A stretch of DNA of 32,000 nt from Chloroflexota bacterium (GCA_022565015.1 JADFKI010000004.1:1-32000), one strand, 5' to 3'; positions 15,485-25,655 are shown, counted from the first letter of the stretch. Notes: generated by a model from the letters alone, not told the origin. Translations and numbers: made by a program.

Positions 15485-16273
15485 CTACAGCCCCATGATC
15501 TTGTCGAGGCCGACGGTCAGGCCCGTGCGGTTGACGACCTCTTTCACGGCCATCATGACGCCCGGCATGAAGCTCTCGCGGTTGATGGAGTCGTGACGTA
15601 TCGTAAGGGTCTGGCCCAGCGTGCCGAAGACCAGCTCGTGGTGCGCCACGCGACCCGGCATACGTGCGCTGTGCACGCTCACGCCGTCGTAGACGGCGCC
15701 ACGCGCTCCCACGATGAGCTCTTTTTCGGACTTGGGCGCGATGAACGGTCCCCCCTTGCCCTCGACGGCCGCTCGCGCGATGGCGAGGGCCGTGCCCGAC
15801 GGCGAGTCTATCTTGGCCTCGTGGTGCGTCTCTACGAGGTCGGCGTAGTCGAAGAATCTCGCGGCCTCTTTGGCCAGGTGAATCATCAGGACCGCGCCAA
15901 GGGCGAAGTTGGGCGCGACGATGATGCCCACGGAGTGCTCGTTGGCCAGGCTCTCCGCCTCGGCGATATGCTCTTCGGTCAGGCCCGTCGAGCCCACGAC
16001 GACGTTTACCTTGCGGGCGGCGGCCGTGCGCATGACCGACATCGCGCCCTCGGCATTGGTAAAGTCCACGACGACGTCCGCGCCGTCCAAGACGTCCGCC
16101 AGGGAGCTTGAAATCGGGATCTCGCCGGACCTGTCCGGCAGTGCGATCGAGCCTGCCGTAGCGGCTATGTCCGCGCCCCCGATGGGCTGGAGGCCACGCT
16201 CATTCGTCACGGCGTCCAGGACCTGTTGTCCCATCTTTCCTAATACACCATGCACCACAACGTTAATTGCCAT
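15485..16273 (-). CDS. dapB: 4-hydroxy-tetrahydrodipicolinate reductase
   Basis: Contains the signature E-T-HH-EA-K-I-D-S-PSGTA and the N-terminal GVLGKMG nucleotide-binding motif. Confidence 0.95.
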   Translation of the reverse strand: MAINVVVHGVLGKMGQQVLDAVTNERGLQPIGGADIAATAGSIALPDRSGEIPISSSLADVLDGADVVVDFTNAEGAMSVMRTAAARKVNVVVGSTGLTEEHIAEAESLANEHSVGIIVAPNFALGAVLMIHLAKEAARFFDYADLVETHHEAKIDSPSGTALAIARAAVEGKGGPFIAPKSEKELIVGARGAVYDGVSVHSARMPGRVAHHELVFGTLGQTLTIRHDSINRESFMPGVMMAVKEVVNRTGLTVGLDKIMGL

Positions 16274-16310
16274 GATTCGCTCCCCAGGACAGTCTTGGGC
16301 ACAATATACT

Positions 16311-16353
16311 ATAAAAAAGAAGGCCCCGCCTCTTCCAGTTGCGGGGCCTTCTT
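16311..16353 (-). terminator. Rho-independent terminator of pnp, immediately upstream of the dapB promoter/RBS region
   Basis: The minus strand reads AAGAAGGCCCCGC-loop(11)-GCGGGGCCTTCTT (13-bp stem), running into TTTTAT. Confidence 0.8.
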
Positions 16354-16375
16354 ATATTCTGCCGGCTAATGGGTG

Positions 16376-18697
16376 TTACGGGCTTCTTCGCGGAGGACCT
16401 TGGGGGCGACCACCTCTGTCTCCGCCTCCACCGGGGCGGCCGCCTCGGTATCCGCCGGGACCGGTCCTGCCACCTCCACCGCCTGGACGTCCGCCGCCGG
16501 GGCGACCTCCACCCTGCCTTCCGCCCTCACGACGATATCCGCCGCTGTCGGAGCCGGCCCGTGCGGGCTCTCTCTCCGAATCGCCCGAATCGCCGTCTTG
16601 ATTGTCTTGCTTGTCATCACTGTCTTCCATGAGCGCCCTGCGTGACAGGTTCACGCGACCCATATGGTCGATCTCCTTGACGATGACGGTCACTTCCTCG
16701 CCGATCTCGACGACATCCCGGACGCTGGGCACGTGGTAGTTCGCCAGCTCGCTGATATGGACGAGCCCGTCTCGCCCGGGAAGTAGCTCGACAAAGGCGC
16801 CGAAGTCCATGATGCGGGCGACCTTGCCGGTGTAGATGTCGCCGACCTTGATCTCGCGAGTGAGGTCCTCGACCATCTTGATGGCTGCCTGGGCCGCCTC
16901 CCCGTCTGGGGAGCCGATCAGCACGGTGCCGTCGTCCTGTATGTCCACGGTAGCGCCCGTCTGCTCCACGATGCCCCTTATGGTCTTGCCGCCGGGGCCA
17001 ATCACGACGCCTATCTTCTCGACAGGCACGCTGATCTTCATCATCCTGGGTGCGAAGGGACTCAGCTCCTCACGCGCCTCGCCGAGGGTCTCTCGAATCT
17101 TGCCTAGAATGAAGAGCCTGGCCTCCTTGGCCTGGTCGAGCGCATCGCGGACCATATCTAGGTTGATGCTCTTGACCTTGATATCCAGCTGAATGGCCGT
17201 TATCCCGTCCTTGGTACCGGCGACCTTGAAGTCCATGTCGCCTATGTGGTCCTCCATGCCCTGGATGTCCGTGATGGTGGCGTATTCGCCGTTGTCGCCC
17301 GTCACGAGGCCGACGGATATGCCCGCCACCGGCGTCTTGATCGGAACGCCCGCGTCCATCAGCGCCAACGTTGCCGCACAGACGCTTGCCATGCTGGTGC
17401 TTCCGTTGGAGCTCAGGGCCTCGCAGACTACCCGTATCGTGTAGGGGAAGTCGTCATCAGACGGCAGCACCGGGGCCAACGCACGCTCCGCCAGCGCCCC
17501 GTGGCCTATCTCTCGACGGCCGGGAGAGCCCACACGCCGGGCCTCGCCTACCGAGTAGGGCGGGAAGTTGTAGTGGAGCATGAAGGGCTTTCTATCTTCG
17601 GGCGTCAGATTGTCCATCCTCTGAGCGTCGCCCACGGAGCCGAGGGTCGCCACGCCCAGGATCTGGGTCTCACCCCTGGTGAACAGTCCGCTGCCGTGTG
17701 TCCTGGGCAGCAGGCCTACCTCCGATGTTATGGGCCGAATTTCCTTTTGGCCTCTGCCGTCCGGGCGCTTGCCGTGACCGAGCACGGCGACCTTGAAGGC
17801 CTTTTCCAACTGCACATCGAAGGCCTCGCCCACGGCCTTCGCTTCGTAGTCTTCGCTTAGTGTCTCGGCCAGCTCGGACTTGATGGCGTCGAGGCGGTCG
17901 CCCAGGTCCGTCTTTCCGTCTGAGGCTTCGAAGGCCTCGTTTAGCCGGTCGCCGAGAAGGGGCGGCAGGCGGTCGTCGAGCTCTTCGGGATACGACATGT
18001 ACTTCCATGTCTCGTTTGCCGGCTTGCCCACCCGGCGGACGATGTCGTCCTGGAAATCAATTACCCCGAGGTTTACCTCGTGGGCCTTCGCAACGGCATC
18101 TAGCACGACGCTCTCATTTACCTCTTTTGCGCCCGCTTCCATCATGATCACGCCGGCCCTGGAGCTGGCCACGATGATATCAAGGGCGCTTTCCTTGAGC
18201 TGTTCGTACGTAGGGTTAACGACCAGCTGGTCATCGATAAAACCCATTCGCGTGGCCGATATGGGCCCCTCGAAGGGTATGTCGGATATGGAGAGCGCCG
18301 CGGAAGCTGCGATGATGGCCAACGTCTCGTAGGGAGTCTCCAGGTCGATGGACAGGGGTGTGATTATGACCTGGGTCTCGTTGCGGAAGCCCTTGGGGAA
18401 TAGGGGCCGTATCGGCCGGTCAGTGAGCCGGGCCATGAGCAAGCCGTGGGTGCTGGGCCTGCCCTCTCTTCTAAAGAAGCTGCCTGGGACCTTGCCCCTG
18501 GCGTAAAGACGCTCCTCGATGTCGATGGTGAGGGGGAAGAAGTCGATGCCTTCTCTCGGATTGCCCATCGTAGCCGTGGCTAGAAATACGTTATCTCCGT
18601 AGCGCAGCAGCACGGAGCCGTTGGCCTGTTGAGCGAGCTTTCCCGTCTCAATAACGAGCGTGTTCGTATCTATGGTGTGTTGAAATGATTCGTGCAT
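16376..18697 (-). CDS. pnp: Polyribonucleotide nucleotidyltransferase (PNPase) with an ~83-aa acidic plus Gly/Arg-rich C-terminal extension
   Basis: Has two RNase PH-like domains, a KH domain ([12 protein letters not shown]) and an S1 domain ([27 protein letters not shown]). The tail reads [18 protein letters not shown]...[36 protein letters not shown]. Confidence 0.95.
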   Translation of the reverse strand: MHESFQHTIDTNTLVIETGKLAQQANGSVLLRYGDNVFLATATMGNPREGIDFFPLTIDIEERLYARGKVPGSFFRREGRPSTHGLLMARLTDRPIRPLFPKGFRNETQVIITPLSIDLETPYETLAIIAASAALSISDIPFEGPISATRMGFIDDQLVVNPTYEQLKESALDIIVASSRAGVIMMEAGAKEVNESVVLDAVAKAHEVNLGVIDFQDDIVRRVGKPANETWKYMSYPEELDDRLPPLLGDRLNEAFEASDGKTDLGDRLDAIKSELAETLSEDYEAKAVGEAFDVQLEKAFKVAVLGHGKRPDGRGQKEIRPITSEVGLLPRTHGSGLFTRGETQILGVATLGSVGDAQRMDNLTPEDRKPFMLHYNFPPYSVGEARRVGSPGRREIGHGALAERALAPVLPSDDDFPYTIRVVCEALSSNGSTSMASVCAATLALMDAGVPIKTPVAGISVGLVTGDNGEYATITDIQGMEDHIGDMDFKVAGTKDGITAIQLDIKVKSINLDMVRDALDQAKEARLFILGKIRETLGEAREELSPFAPRMMKISVPVEKIGVVIGPGGKTIRGIVEQTGATVDIQDDGTVLIGSPDGEAAQAAIKMVEDLTREIKVGDIYTGKVARIMDFGAFVELLPGRDGLVHISELANYHVPSVRDVVEIGEEVTVIVKEIDHMGRVNLSRRALMEDSDDKQDNQDGDSGDSEREPARAGSDSGGYRREGGRQGGGRPGGGRPGGGGGRTGPGGYRGGRPGGGGDRGGRPQGPPRRSP

Positions 18698-18732
18698 GGG
18701 TGTGGTATACCTCTCCTAGGGGAAACCAGTTG

Positions 18733-18766
18733 AAAGAAAAATAGCCCCGAAAGCCTTTCGGAGCTA
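18733..18766 (-). terminator. rpsO-pnp intercistronic hairpin (attenuating terminator or processing site)
   Basis: The minus strand reads TAGCTCCGAAAGGCTTTCGGGGCTATTTTTCTTT. The stem starts at the rpsO stop codon, has one mismatch, and is followed by a U-rich tract. Confidence 0.6.
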
Positions 18767-19027
18767 TCTCCTTAGTCCAAGCCTTGCGATAAGTGTCCTA
18801 TATCGCCCTACGTCTTCCCCGTTGAGGTATCTGAGCAACCTACGGCGGCGACCTACTAGCTTTAGGAGACCTCGACGAGTGGACTCGTCATGTTTGTGTT
18901 CTCGAAGATGACCGGTTAGGTGTGAGATTCGACTCGTCAGCACCGCCACCTGTACTTCCGCGGAGCCAGTGTCATTTTCACTGTTCGCGTACTCGGCCAT
19001 AACGGCCTGTTTTTCGGTTTTGTCCAC
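18764..19027 (-). CDS. rpsO: 30S ribosomal protein S15
   Basis: Contains [37 protein letters not shown] start with AGGAGA upstream. Confidence 0.95.
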   Translation of the reverse strand: MDKTEKQAVMAEYANSENDTGSAEVQVAVLTSRISHLTGHLREHKHDESTRRGLLKLVGRRRRLLRYLNGEDVGRYRTLIARLGLRR

Positions 19028-19072
19028 TCCCGTCTCCTGGGTTCCCTTACTTCTTGATTTTTTATCCCTTTC

Positions 19073-19102
19073 AGTGTAGCACGGGCCGCCAAACTACCGC
19101 AA
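19073..19102 (-). promoter_or_regulatory. Candidate rpsO promoter (TTGCGG-18 nt-TACACT)
   Basis: The hexamers read on the minus strand at 19102-19097 and 19078-19073, about 45 nt upstream of the rpsO start. Confidence 0.3.
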
Positions 19103-19315
19103 CGAATATTTGGGCGCGGTTCCGGCTGCTTTGGAGGGAGTGGCGCTGTAGCTCCTAGGGCAGCTAAATGGTCTTGGACGAGAGCCTGCTTTCGTGCGCT
19201 GCCGTGGATTTCGAGGCGTGACGGGAGGGTTCATCCACTCATCATCTCGGTGCATCTGCACAGATTAACCCGCTCGGACCGCCCCAGCCTTGCACATATT
19301 CAAAGTTGAATGCTG

Positions 19316-20416
19316 TCACAGCTTGGGAAGCTCGTCGGCCGTGTAGAAGGTCGAGCGGAACACGGCGTTTGCGACTATGCCGTCGGGACGCGCATCGAAG
19401 TACGGACTGATGTATTCCCACACCACCTCACCCTCGGGCGTTACCTGGAAGATGCGGCCGAAGTTGCCCTCCGTTATCAGCGTGTTGCCGTTGGGAAGCC
19501 TGCGGGCCCCGGAAATATACGGGCTGAAGAAGTTGAAGGGCGGGGAGTCGTGGTACTCCCACACGATATCGTTTGTCGCGGGGTCTATCTCTATGACTCG
19601 CGACGCGGGGGCCGCCAGGTAGCTGTCGTGTCTATGCGAGCCGTTGTCGAAGACGAGGACGTTGCCGTTTGGAAGCAGATTAGGGTCGTGCTGCTGAGAC
19701 AGCACGTCGTAGCCTAGCTTCCACTCGAAGGCGCCGCTCCGCTTGTCTATGATGCCGATGGTGGATATGTTGCGAAAGCTTACGAGGACCTTGTCGTCGG
19801 GCAGGGGCGCGACGGTGTTTGCATGGCTCCACTCGTGGCGCGGGTCGTTATACGTGATGACGTCCGTCTCCGGGTCCAGGTGCTCGTATGCGTGCCACTC
19901 CCATATCTTGTCGCCGCCGGAATCGACTTCGACGATGACGTCCGCCCACATGCCCTCGGCGCCGGTACCCGGCACGCCGCCCTTTACCCGGGCCGCCAAG
20001 TCATCCGGCATGCGCTCGGCGGTCAGGTAGACGGCCCCGCCTGATTCGGTGCGTCGCGCGTCGTGGTGGTGCCACTTGTCCTCGTGCCGCCAGACGACAT
20101 TGCCGTCCCAGTCCACCTCCATCATGACGCCGCCCTTGAACATCTTCCACAGCCCGAAGATGTCCCACGTATCGTCGTGCTCGATCTTGCCCAGGTAGAA
20201 GAGGTTGCCGTTGGGCAGCAGGTATCCGTAGAGGCCCGGAGGGTAGGGCAGCTCCCAGCGATGGATTTCTTCCCCCTTCATATCCAAGAGGATGGGGGTG
20301 CCGCTGCCGTACATGGGCGTGTAAAGGACGAAGCCGGGACAGGCCTTCTCGGGATCGTACGCCGTCAGGCCGGTCTTCGCCATGCGACGCCGCGTTATCT
20401 GATCGATCTGGGTCAT
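19316..20416 (-). CDS. Arylsulfotransferase (ASST)-family beta-propeller protein, no obvious signal peptide
   Basis: Shows repeated LPNGN(L/V/T) blade motifs, W-x-W/HH-DA, and the HANTV...FRN...IIDK pattern typical of ASST-like propellers. Confidence 0.6.
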   Translation of the reverse strand: MTQIDQITRRRMAKTGLTAYDPEKACPGFVLYTPMYGSGTPILLDMKGEEIHRWELPYPPGLYGYLLPNGNLFYLGKIEHDDTWDIFGLWKMFKGGVMMEVDWDGNVVWRHEDKWHHHDARRTESGGAVYLTAERMPDDLAARVKGGVPGTGAEGMWADVIVEVDSGGDKIWEWHAYEHLDPETDVITYNDPRHEWSHANTVAPLPDDKVLVSFRNISTIGIIDKRSGAFEWKLGYDVLSQQHDPNLLPNGNVLVFDNGSHRHDSYLAAPASRVIEIDPATNDIVWEYHDSPPFNFFSPYISGARRLPNGNTLITEGNFGRIFQVTPEGEVVWEYISPYFDARPDGIVANAVFRSTFYTADELPKL

Positions 20417-20575
20417 GTGTGAGTTCTCCTGCCCGTAACGGACATGATTCGGCTACCTCTTTATGCTGCGGATAATCTTTAATGCCATCGACTGCTGCTC
20501 TTCGCGATGATCGTGCCCTGTCCCAGGGTATGCCTAAGTTTCCTGGCCGGGTATCGCGTCATCAAAAGGGCCAAC

Positions 20576-20971
20576 CTAAGCGGCTGTCGAATCTCCCGCG
20601 CCAAGACAGAACTCGTTGCCCTCAACGTCTCGCAGGACGACATTGCGGTATCGAGCGGCAATTTCAGGTGGAAACTCCTCTTCCCAGGCTAAGGTCGCGC
20701 CAAGGACTTGCAGGCGCGCGATCTCGGTGTCAAGCTCGTCTAGCGCGTCGACTGCGCAGCCCAAGTGGAGCCGGTTCTTGGTGATCTTTCTCTCAGGAAC
20801 TCGAATGAACTCCAGATATGGTCCGCCTGATGGTGGGCGGCAGGTCGCTCCATTACCACTTCCGCTAACCGTGACTCCACCCCACCGCAGAGCTTCGTTC
20901 CAGAAGTGCGCCACGGCTGCTGGGTCGGCGCAGTCAACTGTTACGCAGGTGATGTGCATGAAATCCCCCAC
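20576..20971 (-). CDS. VOC/glyoxalase-like domain protein
   Basis: Contains (I)TVDCADPAAVAHFW...LGW-type N-terminus, HL(G/D) and D(V/P)EGNEFC, typical of the Glyoxalase-like_dom family. The start is GTG 20971 or ATG 20959. Confidence 0.7.
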   Translation of the reverse strand: MGDFMHITCVTVDCADPAAVAHFWNEALRWGGVTVSGSGNGATCRPPSGGPYLEFIRVPERKITKNRLHLGCAVDALDELDTEIARLQVLGATLAWEEEFPPEIAARYRNVVLRDVEGNEFCLGAGDSTAA

Positions 20972-21146
20972 TAGTCTTAGGTCAAGCCCGCGCTAAGAAC
21001 AGACATCGGGTGCCTGTGGCCCGCTGCGTCCCACGCCACAGCCGGCGGCCGCAACAGTCCCTACGTCTACGAGCGGACCAAATACACCTACCCGGAACAG
21101 AGACGTGGCGGGCACCTTCACCGGCCCACGAGAATGAATCTATCCA

Positions 21147-22100
21147 TCAGAGCTCGGCGAAGAAGCCGTTGACGGCGGCCAGGAAGCCCGACGGGTTGTC
21201 TCCCATGACTAGATGCCCTGCCTTCTCCACCGTCACCAGGCGTCCGTTGGGAATGCGCTCGTGCATCTCGTTGGCCGTCTCCAGGGCGATAACGTCGCTG
21301 TTTTCGCCGCGGACGACCATCGTGGGGCACTGCAGGCTCTCGATGTATCCCCATAGACGTTTGGTCATCTCTGGGTCGCCGCCCATCCTGCGGTCCGGCG
21401 AGCGAAGAATCTTGTCGTACTTCCAGGTCCACTTGCCGCTGGGAAGCTGCTTGAGGTTGTGCAGCAGGCTGCCTCGGACCTGCTCGGCGGCGCGTCTGGG
21501 GTTGAACTTGAGCACCCGGTTAACGAAGTCCTCCACCGAGTCCAGCTCGTCCTCCTGGGTCACGAAGCTGCGGATGTTGTTCGAGCCCGCCCTCTGGTTC
21601 TCGGGTCCCGCGTCGACGATGACGAGCGCCTTCACCTGCTCGGGGTTGTTGGCCGTGTAGGTGAACGAGTTCCGTCCTCCCATGGAGAGGCCCATCAGCT
21701 TGAATTGGCTTAAGCCAAGCTCCCCGACTATCGCAGCGATATCCTTCTGCTGCGTTTCCGGGGTGTAATCGCCGTCGGGCGCCCAGTCCGAGTCCCCGTG
21801 GCCCCGCTGGTCGAGGGCGATGACCCGGTAGCGGTCGCAGAGCGAAAGCGCCACGAAGTCCCACGAGTGGCAGGTCTGGGCAAAGCCGTGGAGCAGCATC
21901 AGGGGTGGGTTCGACGGGTCGCCCCACTCCAGGTAATGGAATCTCATGCCGTTGGCGTCTACATACTTGTCCTGGGGCACGGCCTTGTCTTCGAACGGCA
22001 CGCCCATGGCCCTGGCCGCGTCGTAAAGAGAGAGGCCCTTCCCGCTAGCTTCAGTTGTCAAGTCCGACTCCTCCGTGGATATTATGCGCCCGGCCAGCAA
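21147..22100 (-). CDS. Alpha/beta-fold hydrolase
   Basis: Contains the HG oxyanion motif (LLHGFAQTCHSW), DQRGHGDS and the nucleophile elbow GLSMGG. An alternative TTG start at 22061 has GGAGGAG 6 nt upstream. Confidence 0.85.
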   Translation of the reverse strand: MLAGRIISTEESDLTTEASGKGLSLYDAARAMGVPFEDKAVPQDKYVDANGMRFHYLEWGDPSNPPLMLLHGFAQTCHSWDFVALSLCDRYRVIALDQRGHGDSDWAPDGDYTPETQQKDIAAIVGELGLSQFKLMGLSMGGRNSFTYTANNPEQVKALVIVDAGPENQRAGSNNIRSFVTQEDELDSVEDFVNRVLKFNPRRAAEQVRGSLLHNLKQLPSGKWTWKYDKILRSPDRRMGGDPEMTKRLWGYIESLQCPTMVVRGENSDVIALETANEMHERIPNGRLVTVEKAGHLVMGDNPSGFLAAVNGFFAEL

Positions 22101-22141
22101 CCGCCCGGCGCGCCTGCATCATATCCCACGCGTCAAGTAGG

Positions 22142-23554
22142 TTAGATGGGCGGCCTGCGCGTGTGCCAGTCCGTGGCCTGCTCGTAGGCGTGGGCTATCT
22201 TTAGCACAAATGCGTCCTCGAAGGACCTTCCGGCGAGCTGCATTCCGATGGGCATGCCGTCCGACGTGAAGCCGCACGGCACCGAGATCGTGGGTTGGCC
22301 CGTTATGTTGAAGGGGCGGGTGAGGCTCGGCATAAGCGCCAGCTTGTGAATCTCCCTGCCCGCTACCTGTACCGTCGGTTCACTTATCTTTGGCGACCCA
22401 ACGGGCAGCGTCGGCGCCAGGAGGGCGTCGAACTCCTTCATCGTCTCGCCGGCCTCCCGGTTGAAGGCGGTCCGGGCCCGCTGGGCCTTTATGTAGTCGA
22501 TTGCGGGCGTCAGGGCGCCCGTCTCCAGCCTGGCGCGCACGTCTGGGTCGAAGTCGTCGGGCCTGGTCTTGAGACTCTCCATGTGAATCTCCGCGGCCTC
22601 CGTCAGCAGTATAGTCCCGGAGATGGGTATCGAGTGCTGGAGGACGGGCATGGAGATCTCCGCCACCACCGCGCCGAGCTCCCGCAGCACCTCAGCCGCG
22701 GCATACACCGCATCCACAACCTCCTTGTCGATGGCATCGTAGAAGTAGTCCTGGGGGATGCCGATGCGTACGCCCTCGAGGTCCTCACCCAGGTACCGCG
22801 TGTAGTCCTCGCCGGCGCGCTGGACGGAAGACGGGTCGCGGGGGTCGTGTCCGGCGATGACGTTCATGACGAGGGCGTTGTCTCTAACGGTCCGCGTCAT
22901 GGGGCCGACGGTGTCCAGGCTGTAGCTAAGCGGATAGACACCGTACCTGCTCACGAGACCAAAAGTCGGCTTCAAACCCACGATTCCGCAGGCGCCCGCG
23001 GGTATGCGTACCGAGCCCCCGGTGTCGCTGCCCAGCGCCCCCATGCACTGGCCCGACGCCACGGACGCCCCGGAGCCGCCGCTGGAACCGCCGGTCACCC
23101 GCTCGACGTTCCACGGATTATGCGCGGGCCCGTCGTGGGGGTTCTCGCTGGTGCCGCCCAGGGCAAACTCGTGCATCTGAAGCTTGCCCATCAGCACGGC
23201 GCCGGAAGCTCTGAAGCGCTCCATGACCGCGGCATCGTAGTCCGGCACGAAGTCCCGCTTGATCTTGGAGCCGATGGTCGTGCGTATGCCCTTCGTATAG
23301 TAGAGGTCTTTCAGTCCTATCGGAATGCCGTGCAAGGGGCCTCGATGATCTCCATTTTGGATAGCCTGCTCGGCCTCCCTGGCGGACTCCATCGCCTCGT
23401 CCGCTAGCAAGGTAATAAAAGAGTTCAGCTTGTCGTCCGTGGCGCGGATGCGCTCCAGGTGGGCTCGCACCAGCTCTACCGGAGAAAGCTCCTTGCGGGC
23501 GATTCTCTCGGCCGCCTCGGATATGGACAGATATGTAAGCTCGCCTGGACTCAT
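22142..23554 (-). CDS. Amidase-signature (GatA/AtzE-like) amidase
   Basis: Contains GIPIGLKD (catalytic Lys), the GGSSGGSGASVA signature and GSDTGGSVRIP. I chose ATG 23554 (GGAAGGAG 5 nt upstream) rather than the ORF-track start at 23641. Confidence 0.88.
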   Translation of the reverse strand: MSPGELTYLSISEAAERIARKELSPVELVRAHLERIRATDDKLNSFITLLADEAMESAREAEQAIQNGDHRGPLHGIPIGLKDLYYTKGIRTTIGSKIKRDFVPDYDAAVMERFRASGAVLMGKLQMHEFALGGTSENPHDGPAHNPWNVERVTGGSSGGSGASVASGQCMGALGSDTGGSVRIPAGACGIVGLKPTFGLVSRYGVYPLSYSLDTVGPMTRTVRDNALVMNVIAGHDPRDPSSVQRAGEDYTRYLGEDLEGVRIGIPQDYFYDAIDKEVVDAVYAAAEVLRELGAVVAEISMPVLQHSIPISGTILLTEAAEIHMESLKTRPDDFDPDVRARLETGALTPAIDYIKAQRARTAFNREAGETMKEFDALLAPTLPVGSPKISEPTVQVAGREIHKLALMPSLTRPFNITGQPTISVPCGFTSDGMPIGMQLAGRSFEDAFVLKIAHAYEQATDWHTRRPPI

Positions 23555-23597
23555 CTGGGCTCCTTCCTGGAAACGAGGTCTATTCGGGTGTGCAAGG

Positions 23598-23789
23598 TTA
23601 GGACGCGTCGGCCCTGAATGACACCGCAGGCTCCACGCCATCGAGCTTCAGCTCGTCCAGGCCCGCGACGCCGTCGGAGCCTCGTTTTAGCTGCGACAAT
23701 AGCTCGTCGACTTTTTCGTCGGTCAGCTCCAGGCCGATCAACCGAGCCAGGGCCTGAACGCTTTCAAGTGTTACTTTGGGGGCTGCCAT
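23598..23789 (-). CDS. Small GatC/AtzG-like protein (63 aa) upstream of the amidase
   Basis: The pattern V..LARL.GLEL.DE....L..L.......L.EL.L.GVEP matches the GatC N-terminal helical domain. GGAGG lies 6 nt upstream of ATG 23789, and the stop is 43 nt before the amidase start. Confidence 0.6.
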   Translation of the reverse strand: MAAPKVTLESVQALARLIGLELTDEKVDELLSQLKRGSDGVAGLDELKLDGVEPAVSFRADAS

Positions 23790-24007
23790 AGCCAACCTCC
23801 ACTCGTATTACTCGCCTGTGAATGCCAGGACTTTGCCGGTGACGCGGCCCATATCGCCCCGGAGAAGCATGGACCGCCGGGGACAGCACTATTTACAACC
23901 GTTGTGGCGTGCCTGTCAAGCAGACATCGTCGGCCCACTGGAAAGGTGGCGCGGGCCGTCAGATCGGAGGTCGAGGCCGTGAAAACTCGCGAAAGAAGGG
24001 GAAGATA

Positions 24008-25370
24008 CTAGTCCCCGGCGGACGCGGTGGCAGCTGTCTGGGGTCGTGGCGCGGCGGGGCCTTCTGTCCGCTCGGCCGCCCGCATGAGCATCGCGCCGAG
24101 GTCTCGGAGGTTTCTGTTGACCAGGGCCGGGCCGAGGGCGAACGCCGCCACGGCCGCTCCGCCGATGGCAACCGCTATCGCGACTCCGTAGGGCTCGCCG
24201 ACCAGGGGCGTTCCTATGAAAGTGGCCACGAGACCCGCCTGCATGCCTGACAAAGGCATGATGCTCCACGTCATGCCGTAGAAACCCATAACGCGGCCTC
24301 TCATCCGGTCCGGGACCAACATCTGAAGGGAGCTCATTATGGATATCATATATATGGAGCTGAAGACGCCCATGAAGACCATGACTGACATGGCGAGGTA
24401 GAAGTTTCGGATGAGCAGAATGGTGAGGCCAAAAACGATCACGCTCCCACCGAACATTGTCGCCCCACCTATGAGCATAATACCCTTATTCTTGAAATTG
24501 GTACGAGAGCCCAGATATAGCGTCGTGAAAAGTGCGCCCACGCCGCCTATGCCCAGTAGCAAGCCCTGGCCGTCTGACCCCACGCGAAGTATATCCACGG
24601 CGATGGCGGGCATCATCATGATGTATGACATGCCGAAGAAGCTGTTGAAGAATGTCATCGAGATGAGAAACGAGAAGATCGAGTTGTCGCGGATGAACTT
24701 GAGCCCGTCCAACATGTCCTTGGCCGCGTTTCCACTCCCGCCACGTTCGATCTTCGGAACCTTCAGTCTCGACATTACCAAAGCCATCGCCACGAAGCCC
24801 GCGCCCGCAAGGAAGAAGGACGCCGACGTTCCCATCAGCGCAATAACGCCTCCGGCTAGCGCGGGTGCGACGATTCGCGTCCCCTGCCAGATGGAGGCGT
24901 TGAGGGCGACGGCGCTCATCATGACCTTGCGGTCGATCAGGTGCGGATAGAGCGCCTGCCTCGCCGGCTGATCGAAGGCGTTAACGGCCCCGGCAATGAA
25001 GGCGAGTACGATCACATGCCATATGGCAACCATTCCCGACGCGGTCAGCAGCAAGCAGGAATATGAGAATCGCCGTGATGGACTGTGTGACGATTATCAG
25101 CCTTCGCTTGTCGAAGAGGTCCGCGAAGACGCCGCCGAAGAGGTTTAGGACTATGGCGGGAATGGCGTTGGCGAGACCTATGGTGCCGAGGAACAAGGGT
25201 GAGCCAGTAAGCTGGTAGACCAGCCAATACTGGCCGAACTGAAACATCTGGAAGCCGCTGACGGACGCCAGCGTCCCAAACCAGTACGAGCGGTACGCGG
25301 CGTACCTTAGCGCCGGGGGAATGTTTATGAGCGGCCGTCTGGCCGGTGCTTCGATTGCCTCTTGACTCAA
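24008..25370 (-). pseudogene. MFS transporter (MFS_3/EntS-like) interrupted by an apparent 1-nt frameshift near 25040-25055
   Basis: The ORFs 24981-25370 and 24008-25054 together form one collinear MFS protein (...LIIVTQSITAILIFLLAA | LLTASGMVAIWHVIVLAFIAGAVNAFDQPARQAL...). The frames differ by +1 within CTGCTTGCTGCTG. Confidence 0.6.
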
Positions 25371-25406
25371 TACAGTTCTCTAGCCCATCGGTCTATTCGC
25401 GAACTC

Positions 25407-25655
25407 TTACGAATCTCCTCGGCCGGCAACTGCCTGGTCCTTAAGGGGGATTCGTCCCCAGGTGACGTCGTCGGGAAGCTCGGATAGCTCCTTATCCCGT
25501 ATCATCTCTCGGATATTGAGGATCGTGGCGTTGACCTCGTCCGTAACATATACCCAGTCGGGCTGCTCGGGAAACCAGTAAGGAGACGTTATCCGGACGA
25601 CCTTACGCTCCTTGTCATTGAGATAAATGCCAAATTTGGACACGTGAGACAGCAT
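25407..25655 (-). CDS. Hypothetical small protein (82 aa)
   Basis: AAGGAG lies 5 nt upstream of ATG 25655 and the composition looks coding. No family recognised. Confidence 0.55.
   Translation of the reverse strand: MLSHVSKFGIYLNDKERKVVRITSPYWFPEQPDWVYVTDEVNATILNIREMIRDKELSELPDDVTWGRIPLKDQAVAGRGDS

Noticed and set aside
23555-23641. The longer N-terminal extension of the amidase (MAWSLRCHSGPTRPNLAHPNRPRFQEGAQ).
   Set aside because: There is no RBS at that start. A strong GGAAGGAG precedes the internal ATG at 23554, which yields a canonical amidase N-terminus. The extension would also crowd the stop of the GatC-like ORF.
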